DNA of 64,000 nt from an uncultured Clostridia bacterium (GCA_947628665.1 CANRAU010000004.1:38359-102358), one strand, 5' to 3'. Counted from the stretch's first letter, positions 46,082 through 56,739 are shown. Numbers and translations are program-made. Notes: generated by a model from the sequence alone, not told the origin.

Positions 46082-46411
46082 TCAATTCAGTAGCTCCCGC
46101 AGCTTATCGAGGAAGGCTTCTTCACCAAACGTGTTGATTTTGAAGAACATCGCCTGACTGCCGCCGGAAGTGATCGCGGAAAGGTGTACGGCATCTGTAC
46201 CGTTTTGAAACAAGGTCACATTGAGGCTCACACGGTTTCCGCCCGCATAGCTGTACCGCTCAAACACGCGGACGCTGCATCGGGCGTCCCCGCTTCGGAA
46301 ATCACTGGAATCCTCAAGGGAGGCCGAAACGCTGCCGCCCAAAATGCCGTTTTCGATCTTTTTTAAGACTTCATCGAATGTTCCGTTTACCGTTCGTTCC
46401 AGTTTTGCCAT
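46082..46411 (-). CDS. small conserved hypothetical protein
   Basis: About 109 aa from MAKLERTVNGTFDEVLKKIENGILGG.... No catalytic motif was recognised. Confidence 0.4.
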   Translation of the reverse strand: MAKLERTVNGTFDEVLKKIENGILGGSVSASLEDSSDFRSGDARCSVRVFERYSYAGGNRVSLNVTLFQNGTDAVHLSAITSGGSQAMFFKINTFGEEAFLDKLRELLN

Positions 46412-46458
46412 AATGCGATCCCCCTTCTGTTTACGTCCGGCGTTCTGCACTTTACAGA

Positions 46459-47976
46459 TCAGGCAACCTCTGTCAGCTGCACCTGCTGCGTGCAGATCGT
46501 CTCTCCTGCGGTGTTTTGACTTTGGATATCGACCAAACCGTTTGCAAAGTGCATTTTGGTATAGCGAAGATCATGACTGCCATTCTTTCCGCCGCAGATA
46601 TAATAGGCAATGCCCGTTTTGCTTTCGTCGGCGGGTACAAACTCGGTGGTATGGCTATGCCCGCAGATCGTCAGTTCCACACCCAGATCCCGCAGCACGG
46701 CGCACATGGGCGAGGGCTGCTCGTTCGGTTCAAAGAAAATGTGCGACGAATGCGTAATAAGCACGTTGTAGCCGCTCTCTTTTGGAAGCGTTTTTGCCCA
46801 CTCGATCTGGCTTTCAAAATAGGGGGCAAAATCGTTGTAGCCGGCATACTCATAGTTCCCGTCCTCTTTGTCCTCGCCGGAATCCAAAACGGTGAACACA
46901 TATCTGCCGATATGTACACGGTAGTAAAACGTTCCGAAATCGAGCGCATCGAGCATAGCGGGTACTTTGCTGCCGCGGTGGTCGTGGTTGCCGAGCGTAT
47001 AAATCACGGGCTTTACGCCGCTGCTCAACTCCCCTGCGGGGACGACCAGATTATCAATGATGCTGTCGATCGTATAAATGCCGTTGGCAATGTCGCCCAA
47101 AAATACAAACAGATCGGCATTCCCTCTCATGGACGCCCAATCCGGCTTGCAGCCGTGATTGTCGGTCACGCAGGTCATATCAAAATCATCATCCGGGCAA
47201 GGCGTAAACGCCTCCACAGACTGCGTGATCTCTTTGCCGAGATGCCCGCCATAGGCAATATCCTCTACCGCGCGTACCGCGCCGACGGCATAGGTGTTTC
47301 CGTCCAGTGCGTCATAGGGAACCTGCACGCTGTGTATGCGCGCGGATTCCTTTCTGCCCGCTATCGTATCCCATATGATCTGTTCGCCGTCGCCTGTGCC
47401 GAGCTTTACATAGCCTACGGAATTTCGGTTGGTGGCAAATACGATGTGGTATCCGTCGCCCGTATCGAATACGGCAGGGCTGCTCTCAAAGGAAAAGCCG
47501 CCTGCGGGGAATATCGCGCAAAGCGCCGTGATGACGATCGCCGCCGTAACGATGCCCGCAATGCTCTTCTGCACCGTTTTGCGGCTTACGGAGAAAATGA
47601 GCGCTAAGAATAAAAATGCATAAAACGCGCCAAGATACGGCGCAACTTCTGCGGAAACATACAGAAAACTCAGGTGATCGTCCTTGCCGATAATGAGAAA
47701 AGCCACGGCGCACGCGAAGCTTACGGCGGTCACGACCGCGTTTGCGATAAACAGCTTTTTTCGATATAACCGATTCCCGCAAATGCTGCCGCGAAGCTGG
47801 AAAAAGAGGATGACCGTATTGAGAATAAACAGCGCCCACAAAAGACAGCAAAAGCCGTCAAACAACACATGATCTACAAAAATGAAACCAATGCGAAAGC
47901 CGCAAAAGCACAGCGTGATCAGAGCGGATATCGCCGTAAATACCGATGTCAGAATGATTTGTTTTTTTCGCTCCAT
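46459..47976 (-). CDS. membrane-anchored metallophosphoesterase
   Basis: 505 aa with about 5 N-terminal TM helices. The C-terminal domain has FLGDIANG, GNHDHRG and ICGHSHT. Confidence 0.65.
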   Translation of the reverse strand: MERKKQIILTSVFTAISALITLCFCGFRIGFIFVDHVLFDGFCCLLWALFILNTVILFFQLRGSICGNRLYRKKLFIANAVVTAVSFACAVAFLIIGKDDHLSFLYVSAEVAPYLGAFYAFLFLALIFSVSRKTVQKSIAGIVTAAIVITALCAIFPAGGFSFESSPAVFDTGDGYHIVFATNRNSVGYVKLGTGDGEQIIWDTIAGRKESARIHSVQVPYDALDGNTYAVGAVRAVEDIAYGGHLGKEITQSVEAFTPCPDDDFDMTCVTDNHGCKPDWASMRGNADLFVFLGDIANGIYTIDSIIDNLVVPAGELSSGVKPVIYTLGNHDHRGSKVPAMLDALDFGTFYYRVHIGRYVFTVLDSGEDKEDGNYEYAGYNDFAPYFESQIEWAKTLPKESGYNVLITHSSHIFFEPNEQPSPMCAVLRDLGVELTICGHSHTTEFVPADESKTGIAYYICGGKNGSHDLRYTKMHFANGLVDIQSQNTAGETICTQQVQLTEVA

Positions 47977-48010
47977 AAAAATGCCTCCTTATATGTTTAC
48001 AGATATCTTT

Positions 48011-48433
48011 TTATGCATACAACGTCTTGGACAGAATAAAGCACACCCAAAGCGCGACCACGAAGAAGCCCTCTGCGGGGATCGCGAGCTTTGTGTACGG
48101 GCATTTCCAGCCCTTATCGACGCAAAGAAAAATCGAACGTGTGACAAAAACGGTCGTGGAGAAAAACAGCCCGCCGATCATCGAATACACGGGCGTTTGC
48201 AGCGCAAAGGTCAGATACAGCAAAAACGCGCCCAAAGCAAACGAAATACCGCCGTAATACACGCGTATTTCGGTTTTTCCGGCGTTATCCACGGGCTTCA
48301 CGGAAAAGCTCTCAGCATTTTTAACGGGGCTTACCACGAATACCACCGCCATGGCGAAAAAGTATCCGACAAGACCCACTACCGCCACACTGGCGGGAAT
48401 GTTGGAAAAGAACAGGGTTTTGATCGTTTCCAT
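48011..48433 (-). CDS. small integral membrane protein (4 TM, DUF-type)
   Basis: 140 aa with four hydrophobic segments. No functional motif was recognised. Confidence 0.45.
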   Translation of the reverse strand: METIKTLFFSNIPASVAVVGLVGYFFAMAVVFVVSPVKNAESFSVKPVDNAGKTEIRVYYGGISFALGAFLLYLTFALQTPVYSMIGGLFFSTTVFVTRSIFLCVDKGWKCPYTKLAIPAEGFFVVALWVCFILSKTLYA

Positions 48434-48545
48434 AAGGTGACCTCCTTATATAGATTTATTCCGCACGCACCTTCTCAAGCTCGCATGGTAAAGCCTATCT
48501 TATCCATCGCGCGTATGCCGTATGTTTGCGGCTTTTCTTCCATTT

Positions 48546-50876
48546 TTACGCTCTCCTTTCGTGTGTCGGATCGTCCAAAGTTTGGACGAACAATTTTCGC
48601 TTATCGCCTGCGCACAGACGAATTTGTGGCATAAGCGCGATATTCCCGCTGTTTTGGTACTCGACGCATACCGAATCCCCTGTACAGCATACCGTAAAGT
48701 GCAAATGCACGCAGTCGTTGTTTTGATAGGCGAAGCTCTCGCCGTCGTCGGTGAAAAATGTACTTGCAAAGCTGCCGTTTTTCAGCGGATACACCGTAAA
48801 TACGAGTTCTTCCGACGTGTCAAACCCATACGGCGCTTCATCGGTCGGCAACACGCAGCCGCTTCGGACAAAGTACGGCATATATGCCGTCGCGGGGATG
48901 GTCAGCTGCACGGTCGAACCGCCCGCAAAGCATTTTTCGCCCAAATACCAATCCGAACTCCGCGGCAAATAGGCGTTGACGGTTTCTTCCCCCTCGTCGA
49001 ACACGAAAGCGACCAAAATATCCCTGCCGAGCATCATTTCATCGGTATAGGCGTACAATTCCTCGTCGTCATCATACAAAAACGGCGGCGCGTTCAACGG
49101 GAGCTCGTTTTCCACCGCCTGATACGCGCAGTTGTAAATGTACGGAAGCAGCCGTTGCCGCTGGGCGAACAGCCCACGCACCGCGTCGAGAATATCGGGA
49201 TAGCTCCACGGCATAGTCGCAGAGCCGTCACGGTTCCACGAATGGATGGTAAAGCGCGGCTCGAAAATGCCGTGCTGCAGCCAGCGCAGCAAAAGTTCGC
49301 GCGAGGGCATATCGCCGTGAAATCCGCCGAGGTCGTGTCCGTAAAAGGAAAAGCCCGACAGCGACATGGTAAGTCCTATGTTGTGACAATAGCGCAGGTC
49401 GGAAAATTCGGAGCGATTGTCCCCCGACCAGGTCTGCGCAAAGCGCCGGACGGCGATATTTCCGCTGCGCGTAGATAAAAACGGGCGAAGCGCGGGTTGC
49501 TTTTGGATCTGCGCCTGATAGGAGGCCGCGACCATCAAACAGGTCAAAATCGGGCGAATGCGGCTCGCCTGTACATGCCCTTTTCCAAAGCCTTCGGCGA
49601 CCGCGTCACAGTCGCGAATGTCAAATTCGTTGTTGTCGTTCCACGTCGCGGATATACCGTACTCCAAAAGCGTTTCGTTGACCTTATCCTTCCAAAAGGC
49701 AAATGCGGCCGGATTTGTAAAATCCAAATAACTGCCGAGGCCGTCCCAAAATTCCGTGACGAATGGCGTGCCGTCGGGGTTTTTCACAAACAGCCCCTTT
49801 TCGGCAATGGACACGTACAGCGGGTGATTTTGAAGAAACGCAGGTTTGATATTCGGTATGATTTGCATACCCTGCGACAAAAACTGCGAAATCAGACGCT
49901 TCGGATCGGGAAATTTTTCGTGATTCCAGTGAAATACAAAACGCTGAGAGCCGATAGACGTATAACCCGACGACAGATAGAATCCCTTGCAGGAAAGGTC
50001 GGTCTCTTGACACATCTCTAAGAAGCGGAGCATTTGCCGCTCGGAATCGGGCGCATCGGTATACGCCATGGTACTCGCGCAGTACGAAAAGCTCCATTTC
50101 GGCGGGAACGCCTGTTTGCCACAAAGCCGCGCAAACTGCTGCAAAATCGACAGCTTGCTTCCGAAAAAGACGTAATATACCAGCGCATTATCGGCGGTTT
50201 TAAAATACTTATAGGGCGGATAATAGTTGTTGATCTCTTTGCCGAAGTCCATATAGGATGTGTCCGACGTATCGTAAAAGACGCCGTAGCACCCGACCGC
50301 ATTTTCGCATATATAAAACGGCACATGCTTATAGAGCGGATCGCTCTCGCGCGCGTCATAGCCCATGCAATCTGTTGTTTCGATGCGAAAGGCTCTGCCC
50401 GCTTTGTCGAGCTTTCCCGCCTTGTCGCCCAAGCCGAAAATGCGCTCATTTTCCGCACGCGTGCTATAGTGAACCGTTTCCCTGCCGAATTCATGCGCGA
50501 AATTATAGGCAAGCGGCGCTCTGTCCGCAAACAAAACGCTGTCCCCTACCATATATTGCAACAGGAAATTTTGGGTGTTTAGCCGTACCGTGACCCCGCA
50601 GGGCAGTTGAAAATATTCGGTCGTACCGTCTTTTTGCACGGTTGGCGCGCACAGCGGGAAGCCCGATGTATCCAAACGGTCGCGCCCATAGGGAGAAAAA
50701 CTGCCGTCGGGGTCTATACAAAAGGTCGGCAACAGCGCATCGTTCTTTTTAAAAATTGCAACGCGCAAACAGCTTTCGCTTACAAAATCCAAGCGCGCGA
50801 TGTTTTCCCCGCAGGCGTACACGCGGGAGGTTTCGGTTTCCGATGCAAGCGCAAACGGATGATTGAATTTTCCCAT
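48546..50876 (-). CDS. GH31 alpha-glucosidase/alpha-xylosidase
   Basis: The start is set at the ATG at 50876, which overlaps the upstream stop (TGATG). The GH31 motifs are WNDNNEF (nucleophile region) and WSGDNRSEF. Confidence 0.85.
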   Translation of the reverse strand: MGKFNHPFALASETETSRVYACGENIARLDFVSESCLRVAIFKKNDALLPTFCIDPDGSFSPYGRDRLDTSGFPLCAPTVQKDGTTEYFQLPCGVTVRLNTQNFLLQYMVGDSVLFADRAPLAYNFAHEFGRETVHYSTRAENERIFGLGDKAGKLDKAGRAFRIETTDCMGYDARESDPLYKHVPFYICENAVGCYGVFYDTSDTSYMDFGKEINNYYPPYKYFKTADNALVYYVFFGSKLSILQQFARLCGKQAFPPKWSFSYCASTMAYTDAPDSERQMLRFLEMCQETDLSCKGFYLSSGYTSIGSQRFVFHWNHEKFPDPKRLISQFLSQGMQIIPNIKPAFLQNHPLYVSIAEKGLFVKNPDGTPFVTEFWDGLGSYLDFTNPAAFAFWKDKVNETLLEYGISATWNDNNEFDIRDCDAVAEGFGKGHVQASRIRPILTCLMVAASYQAQIQKQPALRPFLSTRSGNIAVRRFAQTWSGDNRSEFSDLRYCHNIGLTMSLSGFSFYGHDLGGFHGDMPSRELLLRWLQHGIFEPRFTIHSWNRDGSATMPWSYPDILDAVRGLFAQRQRLLPYIYNCAYQAVENELPLNAPPFLYDDDEELYAYTDEMMLGRDILVAFVFDEGEETVNAYLPRSSDWYLGEKCFAGGSTVQLTIPATAYMPYFVRSGCVLPTDEAPYGFDTSEELVFTVYPLKNGSFASTFFTDDGESFAYQNNDCVHLHFTVCCTGDSVCVEYQNSGNIALMPQIRLCAGDKRKLFVQTLDDPTHERRA

Positions 50877-52210
50877 CACGGCATCCACATCCCCGACAGT
50901 GTTTTGCGCACATTTCCTGCGGTATCCCACCGCATGGGACGCGTCGTCTCGCAGAAGCGCAGCGGCCAATCAGCGGACGGCGTCCATACGGGGATCGCGC
51001 CGCAGTTCGGGTCTCGGGTTTTGGCAAAGGCGCAAAGCGCATCGGAGAGCTGCTCGGATATGGCGCGGTCAATGGGCTCAAAGGGTCTCCAGTTAAAATC
51101 CAGCGTCGAAAACGCATACAAAAGGTCGCAGGAGTGCCAAGCGCCTTTTGCGTCTCCGGGAAGCGGCCGTGTGAAATTATAGACATAGCATTTGCTCGAG
51201 TGGTTCTTTTCGGCATATGCCGCCCATTTTTTCGCGAGGCGTTCCAAAACAAGCGGCGCCATATCGTCAGCCGTCACGCCGATGATCTGCGGTATATCGG
51301 CGATCGCCTGCAAATTGAACGCATCGCTTTTAAGCAGTACGCCGTCATACACGGGCACTGTATAGAACATACCGAGCTTCATGGAACGGTACGCCGTCAG
51401 CCACGCATCATACAGCGTTTTTGCGTCCGTATGCCGCAGGTCATCCATGGTCGCCGCGCTCGCATTTTCCATGACCTTCTCCCAAAAGGGCTTTGTTTTT
51501 TCAGGGGTCAGGGGCTTACCGAAAAGCCGCTGCATCCCCGCGCCGCTCATCATGACGGCGGCGGAAAACGCGTCCCGACATAAGGGATTCGACAGATGAA
51601 TATCCACACTCATCGCGCCCGCGCTCTGCCCCATCAACGTGATGCGTTCGGGGTCGCCGCCAAAGGCAGCGATATTCTCTTTCACCCACAAAACGGCCTC
51701 GGTCTGATCAAACAGCCCCTGGTTGCCGCAAGCGCCGTTTTCCCCTCGGACGTCCGGATGGGAGCAAAAACCAAACGGACCCAAACGGTAATTTACGGAC
51801 ACCAAAATCACGCCTTTTTCGGCGAAACGCGCACCGCTGATCTGCCCCTCGTTGCCGCTGCCGCCCGTAAAGCTGCCGCCGTGTATGTACAGAAGCACAG
51901 GACAGTTCTGCGCCTGCTTCGGCGTCCAAATATTTAAGAAAAGGCAGTCCTCATCGTATGAAAACGTAAGCCCTTTTCTGAATTCCTTATGATAAAACGG
52001 ATTGACGACCGCGTCATCATAAAACGCACGCTGCTGATAGCAGCACGCCCGAAATTCGGTGGCATCATATTCGCCGTCCCAGTGCGTTACCCGTTTCGGA
52101 TAGGCAAAGCGTTCGGCCGTCGCATAGCGGATTCCGCGAAATTCCAGACATCTCTCGGTTTCCAGTCCGAAAAGTTTGCCACAGGCCGTTTGCCGTGTAA
52201 CAAAATTCAC
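50876..52210 (-). CDS. type-B carboxylesterase (para-nitrobenzyl-esterase-like)
   Basis: The GTG at 52210 follows AAGGGGTGG. The oxyanion motif is IHGGSFTGGSG and the nucleophile elbow is GQSAGA. Confidence 0.8.
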   Translation of the reverse strand: MNFVTRQTACGKLFGLETERCLEFRGIRYATAERFAYPKRVTHWDGEYDATEFRACCYQQRAFYDDAVVNPFYHKEFRKGLTFSYDEDCLFLNIWTPKQAQNCPVLLYIHGGSFTGGSGNEGQISGARFAEKGVILVSVNYRLGPFGFCSHPDVRGENGACGNQGLFDQTEAVLWVKENIAAFGGDPERITLMGQSAGAMSVDIHLSNPLCRDAFSAAVMMSGAGMQRLFGKPLTPEKTKPFWEKVMENASAATMDDLRHTDAKTLYDAWLTAYRSMKLGMFYTVPVYDGVLLKSDAFNLQAIADIPQIIGVTADDMAPLVLERLAKKWAAYAEKNHSSKCYVYNFTRPLPGDAKGAWHSCDLLYAFSTLDFNWRPFEPIDRAISEQLSDALCAFAKTRDPNCGAIPVWTPSADWPLRFCETTRPMRWDTAGNVRKTLSGMWMP

Positions 52211-52410
52211 AAAACCACCCCTTAAAAACCAATTCAAATTGTTTATATTATAGTATATTTCGCGCAAGATTTCAACACATATTGATAAAATTTCACCCTA
52301 TGGTTAGGCCAATGACCGAAAGGAAACATAAAAAAGCTGCCCGAAAGCAAACCTTTCGGACAGCCGATATTTTTCATGTCGTGTAAAACTATAGAATTTT
52401 CAAATCGAGA

Positions 52411-53667
52411 TCATAATACATAAATCACTACGTCGCGGCTTCCCCACCGATTGCATTGCGACTCGGAGTTCATAAACAGATCCACGGTAAACTTGCCGCG
52501 TTTGACGAATCCGCCCGTGTCCGCCGCAATGGCATAGCCGTAAACAATGCCATCCGTGGATACGATCCACATCTTTGTGCCATACGGGATCTGCGCCGGA
52601 TTTACCGCAATATACCCGGGCTTGACCGTGCGCCCGCTTGCAGTTTTCGCGCCCGGAGACGCCGTATACGCCGCTGCTTTGCCGTTAATGATTTTGGAAT
52701 ACTGCGTCGGCGCGCCGTTTTCAATTTTTAAACTGTCGGGCGGCGTCAGCTCGGAGATCGGTTTGCCGTTGTTCCGAAGACTTGCCACCGCAACCGCTTT
52801 TTGCCGCGTTCCAACGTCGGTGATTTGCGGCACGGCCTCTGTCAATACAGTCTCCGATATCGCTTCGGAGGATTGACGCACACCGTCCACGATCTTATCG
52901 CGGTACGTCACACGCTTTTTGCCGTTCACACCGGCTTGCGTGACTTCGCTCTCGCCCTTATACATGGCGGAGGATTTTACGGTTTGCTTTGCAAAGGGAA
53001 TGGCCTTTTCCTCGGTATGCTCGGCATACGTCACACGGTAAACCGTTACAGAAAGATTTTCGTATAAGGGGCTGTCCAAAGCGGGCGAAACCTCATCATC
53101 CGCACCGAGCGTGACATTTGCTTCTTTGAGCGCGTCGGCGACCGTGCCTTCCCCGATGAAAAGGTTCATCGTGTTCCCGTCCGCCAAAACACGGACATGG
53201 TAGGCGTTTGTCAGTTTGACGGTCATCCCGTCTTGCAGCACAGTGTCGGTCGGTACGCTGACCAACTGATCCGCCCCTACCGTAACAGACAGTTCCGCAA
53301 GCAGATCCGAAACCGTTCCGGCACACACCGTATAAACGATATTGCCGTCTGCGTTTTCAAAGGCCACTTCGGCTGCGCGGTAGACCGTGATCGTACAATC
53401 CTCGCCGGGAACAAAATCCGCAAGCGCAAGTTTGTCGTCCTCAGAAAGGGAAATGGCGGCCTGTTTCACAATTTCGTAAGGGTCGGTTTTGGAGGTCTCT
53501 ACTCTTGTGATTTGGGGACCGTCGTAGATATCTACGGCGTAGGCGTCCGGTGCGGCAGCAAAAGCTGTTCCTGCAAAAAGCAGGGCAAGAACCAAAACGA
53601 CGGCGGAAAGCCGCGTCAGTTTCGGTCTGATCGCCTTTGCATACCCCCTTAATTCAGTAATCATCAT
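52411..53667 (-). CDS. cell-wall-associated protein with DUF348 repeats, G5 domain and C-terminal 3D domain (YabE/RpfB-like)
   Basis: 418 aa with an N-terminal TM helix. It has repeated ~45-aa DUF348-like units. The G5 region is TQAGVNGKKRVTYRD. The 3D tail is GYIAVNPAQIPYGTKMWI...AADTGG. Confidence 0.75.
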   Translation of the reverse strand: MMITELRGYAKAIRPKLTRLSAVVLVLALLFAGTAFAAAPDAYAVDIYDGPQITRVETSKTDPYEIVKQAAISLSEDDKLALADFVPGEDCTITVYRAAEVAFENADGNIVYTVCAGTVSDLLAELSVTVGADQLVSVPTDTVLQDGMTVKLTNAYHVRVLADGNTMNLFIGEGTVADALKEANVTLGADDEVSPALDSPLYENLSVTVYRVTYAEHTEEKAIPFAKQTVKSSAMYKGESEVTQAGVNGKKRVTYRDKIVDGVRQSSEAISETVLTEAVPQITDVGTRQKAVAVASLRNNGKPISELTPPDSLKIENGAPTQYSKIINGKAAAYTASPGAKTASGRTVKPGYIAVNPAQIPYGTKMWIVSTDGIVYGYAIAADTGGFVKRGKFTVDLFMNSESQCNRWGSRDVVIYVL

Positions 53668-54289
53668 TCTGCTCCTTTAACTCATACCTCTTTGGTAGAT
53701 TGGTTTGGAAAAAGAGGCTGTTGGACGCCTGCCGAAGCTCGAAAGCAATACAAAATCATCGGCATTTTTACGGCGTCACGGTTATGTTCGCGACATGACA
53801 ACGGACATTATATTTCTATGACAACTAATTGTCAAATTTTAAAATCTTTCATTTTTGTGAATTTTGCATAATCCAAAATGGTAAAAAATGGGGAATCCCA
53901 GGGTTTTCGAGAAAAGTTTTGAACATTTTTCGATTGAAAACGGGAAATATTTGTGAAAATGTTAAAAATCTCAAAAATCCGTAAAAATGGGGGAAAATGA
54001 GGGGGTTTGGGCTTGTTTTATGGGTTAAAAATGCCTCTGTTTCCATAACCAGTATATGCTATTTGCGGAAAAATATACCGTATGCGTCCAGGTTTATCCA
54101 TCCCGAAAACAATATTTTGATTCTTGTGGGGAAATTCCTACAATTCTCCCCCACTTCTTGGATTTTTCCGCGTATTTTTCATGCAAAAATCCCCTATTTG
54201 GGAATGGATAGAAAGGCATGGAAATTTTCACGCGGTTGTGATAGAATAAAAGCGGAATTTATATTGTATGAAAACAGGAAAGCTATGGT

Positions 54290-55252
54290 ATGAAAGAGTT
54301 TATCATCACGCAAAACGACGCGGGGCTTCGGCTCGACAAATTTCTGTGCAAGGCCGCGCCCAATCTGCCGCAGTCCCTGCTTTACAAAGCCATCCGCACC
54401 AAAAATATCAAGGTGAACGGCAAGCGCGCCGAAATTTCGACGCGCCTTTGTGTCGGCGATTCGGTCAAGGCATTTTTGGCGGACGAGTTTTTTGAAAGAA
54501 ACGAAACGATCTACGATTTTACCCGCGCAGGCAAGTCCCTCGACATCGTATACGAGGATGAAAATCTCCTCCTTCTCAACAAAAAGGCGGGCTTGCTTTG
54601 CCATCCGGACGACCACGAGTACATCGATACGCTCATTGGCCGCGTCAAGCGCTATTTATATGAGAAGGGCGAATACCGACCCGATGCGGAAAATTCCTTT
54701 GTCCCCGCTTTGGTCAATCGCATCGACCGCAACACAGGCGGCATTGTGATCGCCCCCAAAAATGCCGAAAGTCTGCGCATTCTCAATCAGAAAATGAAGA
54801 ACCGTGAACTCCACAAAACCTATTTGTGCGTCGTACACGGCTCTCTGCACCCAAAAGAATGCACGCTTACGGGGTATCTGATCAAAGATGAAGCCAAAAA
54901 CAAGGTGCAGGTGTTAAAAGCCTCCGCCCCGGGTGCTAAGAGCATCCAAACCAAATACAATGTTTTAGAGGAAAAGAACGGGCTTTCTTTGGTAGAGGTG
55001 GAACTGCTGACAGGCCGCACGCACCAAATCCGCGCGCATTTTGCGTCGATCGGGCATCCCCTCCTGGGCGACGGAAAATACGGCCGCAACGCGCAAAACA
55101 AGCGTTACGGCTACAAAAAGCAGTTTTTATATTCGTATAAGCTCCGATTTGATTTTACGAGCGACGCGGGTATGCTCGCGTACCTGAACGGGCGGTGCTT
55201 CACCGCGTCGGAGGTTTGGTTCGTCAGCGCGTTCCAAAACGGGGAATTGTAA
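54290..55252 (+). CDS. RluA-family 23S rRNA pseudouridine synthase with N-terminal S4 domain
   Basis: 320 aa. The catalytic region is VNRIDRNTGGIV. HQIRAHFASIGHPLLGDGKYG is also present. Confidence 0.85.
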   Translation: MKEFIITQNDAGLRLDKFLCKAAPNLPQSLLYKAIRTKNIKVNGKRAEISTRLCVGDSVKAFLADEFFERNETIYDFTRAGKSLDIVYEDENLLLLNKKAGLLCHPDDHEYIDTLIGRVKRYLYEKGEYRPDAENSFVPALVNRIDRNTGGIVIAPKNAESLRILNQKMKNRELHKTYLCVVHGSLHPKECTLTGYLIKDEAKNKVQVLKASAPGAKSIQTKYNVLEEKNGLSLVEVELLTGRTHQIRAHFASIGHPLLGDGKYGRNAQNKRYGYKKQFLYSYKLRFDFTSDAGMLAYLNGRCFTASEVWFVSAFQNGEL

Positions 55253-55344
55253 AAGGCATCATAAAAATATAATATTATAGTATATACTATAGAAAAACAC
55301 CCGATACGAGCGTCGTATCGGGTGCAGATTTTTGTAGGGAAAAG

Positions 55345-55743
55345 TTATCGCTTCGAGAACTGCGGTGCACGGCGAGCGCCTTTGAGACCGTATTTCTTTC
55401 TCTCTTTCATTCTCGGGTCGCGCGTCAGGAAACCCGCCTTTTTGAGGAGAGGACGGAGATTTTCGTCATACTGCAAAAGCGCACGGGAAAGGCCGTGACG
55501 GATCGCGCCCGCCTGACCGCTGACGCCGCCGCCCGCAACCTTGCAGACGATGTCAAACTTTTCGGTCGTGCCGGTCAGCGCAAGGGGCTGGCGAACGATC
55601 AATTTTAAGGTTTCAAGGCCGAAATAATCATCGATATCTCTGTCATTTACCGTGATTTTGCCGGTACCTGCATAAACGCGTACACGGGCGACGGATTTCT
55701 TTCTTCTGCCCGTACCGTAAAAATAAGGATTGGTTTCGTACAT
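55345..55743 (-). CDS. rpsI: 30S ribosomal protein S9
   Basis: 132 aa. The sequence has [19 protein letters not shown] and ends ...[10 protein letters not shown]. Confidence 0.95.
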   Translation of the reverse strand: MYETNPYFYGTGRRKKSVARVRVYAGTGKITVNDRDIDDYFGLETLKLIVRQPLALTGTTEKFDIVCKVAGGGVSGQAGAIRHGLSRALLQYDENLRPLLKKAGFLTRDPRMKERKKYGLKGARRAPQFSKR

Positions 55744-55762
55744 GATCTTCTGCCTCCCTCTC

Positions 55763-56191
55763 TTAGAATTCTCTTACCTGGGGCTTCTGCGCCGCATGTG
55801 CGTGCTCAGCGCCTCTGTAAATGTGCAGTCTCGTAAGCGATTTTCTGGCGACGGTGTTGTCGGGAAGCATCCCTTTGACCGCTTTCTTTACGGCAAACTC
55901 CGGCTTTGTGGCCATAAGGGTTTTGTACTGAACCTCTTTCATGTTGCCGATGTAGCCGGTATGATGATAATACTTTTTCTGTACGAGCTTGTTGCCGGTC
56001 AGGACAATTTTGTCCGCATTGATGATGATGACATTGTCGCCGCAATCCGCATGCGGTGCGAAAGTCGGCTTATGCTTGCCGCGAAGCAGCGTTGCCGCCT
56101 CGGCGGCTACCGCGCCGAGCGTTCTGCCGTTGGCATCAAGCACATACCAGTCCCGGCTGATATCGCCGGCCTTAGGCATATAGGTTGACAT
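55763..56191 (-). CDS. rplM: 50S ribosomal protein L13
   Basis: 142 aa. The sequence has [12 protein letters not shown]...[19 protein letters not shown]. Confidence 0.95.
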   Translation of the reverse strand: MSTYMPKAGDISRDWYVLDANGRTLGAVAAEAATLLRGKHKPTFAPHADCGDNVIIINADKIVLTGNKLVQKKYYHHTGYIGNMKEVQYKTLMATKPEFAVKKAVKGMLPDNTVARKSLTRLHIYRGAEHAHAAQKPQVREF

Positions 56192-56244
56192 AGGACATAA
56201 CCTCCGATTTCAAATAGATTGGTACTTTCTCAAAATGCTCCAAT

Positions 56245-56273
56245 ATCTTACCACGGCAAAAAGCATTCGTCAA
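56245..56273 (-). promoter_or_regulatory. sigma-A-type promoter of rplM-rpsI
   Basis: On the minus strand: TTGACG (56273-56268), 17 nt, TAAGAT (56250-56245). A short ATTGG...CCAAT hairpin lies in the 5' UTR. Confidence 0.5.
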
Positions 56274-56696
56274 CCATTTTTTTGCAAATTTTAATCGATC
56301 GGTATAAATTCTTCGATTTTTGCTTGTTTTCTTCTGTTTTTATAGTATTTTCTAAAAGATTATTTTTGTTATCGGCGAGCGTTCGGCTTCATAGGCGCAA
56401 AGACACAGTCAGCAAATATCTGCCTCTCCCCCATTGCCTGCGGCGGCAGTCCCCTCGACAGAGGGGCAAAAGTGTGCGCAGGGTTTCGCGGTGCAAATCG
56501 GCAGAGGAAGATAGAGAGGGAATAGGAAATTGCAGGAAATTTATAAGAAAAATGCAAAAAAGTATGGTTTTATATGCAGGCAAAGATAGTCAGATATTCA
56601 CCATTTCCAGTTTTTGCCAGTTTCTTTTTCAACGATGAAAATGTTCAAAACTCTGTTCATAATGTTAAAAACTTTGCTGTTTGGGGGTTGACCGTC

Positions 56697-56739
56697 TGAA
56701 AAAAGCAAAATCCGTGTAAAGGAAATCCCTTTGCACGGA
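56697..56739 (-). terminator. rho-independent terminator of the fucosidase gene
   Basis: A 12-bp stem at 56711-56722/56728-56739 contains one G:U pair. On the minus strand TTTTGCTTTTTT follows. Confidence 0.7.

Noticed and set aside
53668-53800. Possible cyclic-di-AMP (ydaO-type) riboswitch upstream of the 3D/G5 cell-wall gene
   Set aside because: The genomic context fits. However, the hallmark segments (GGGGACCCA, CCCGAA...CAGCUAACCUCGUAAGC) are not present on the minus strand here.
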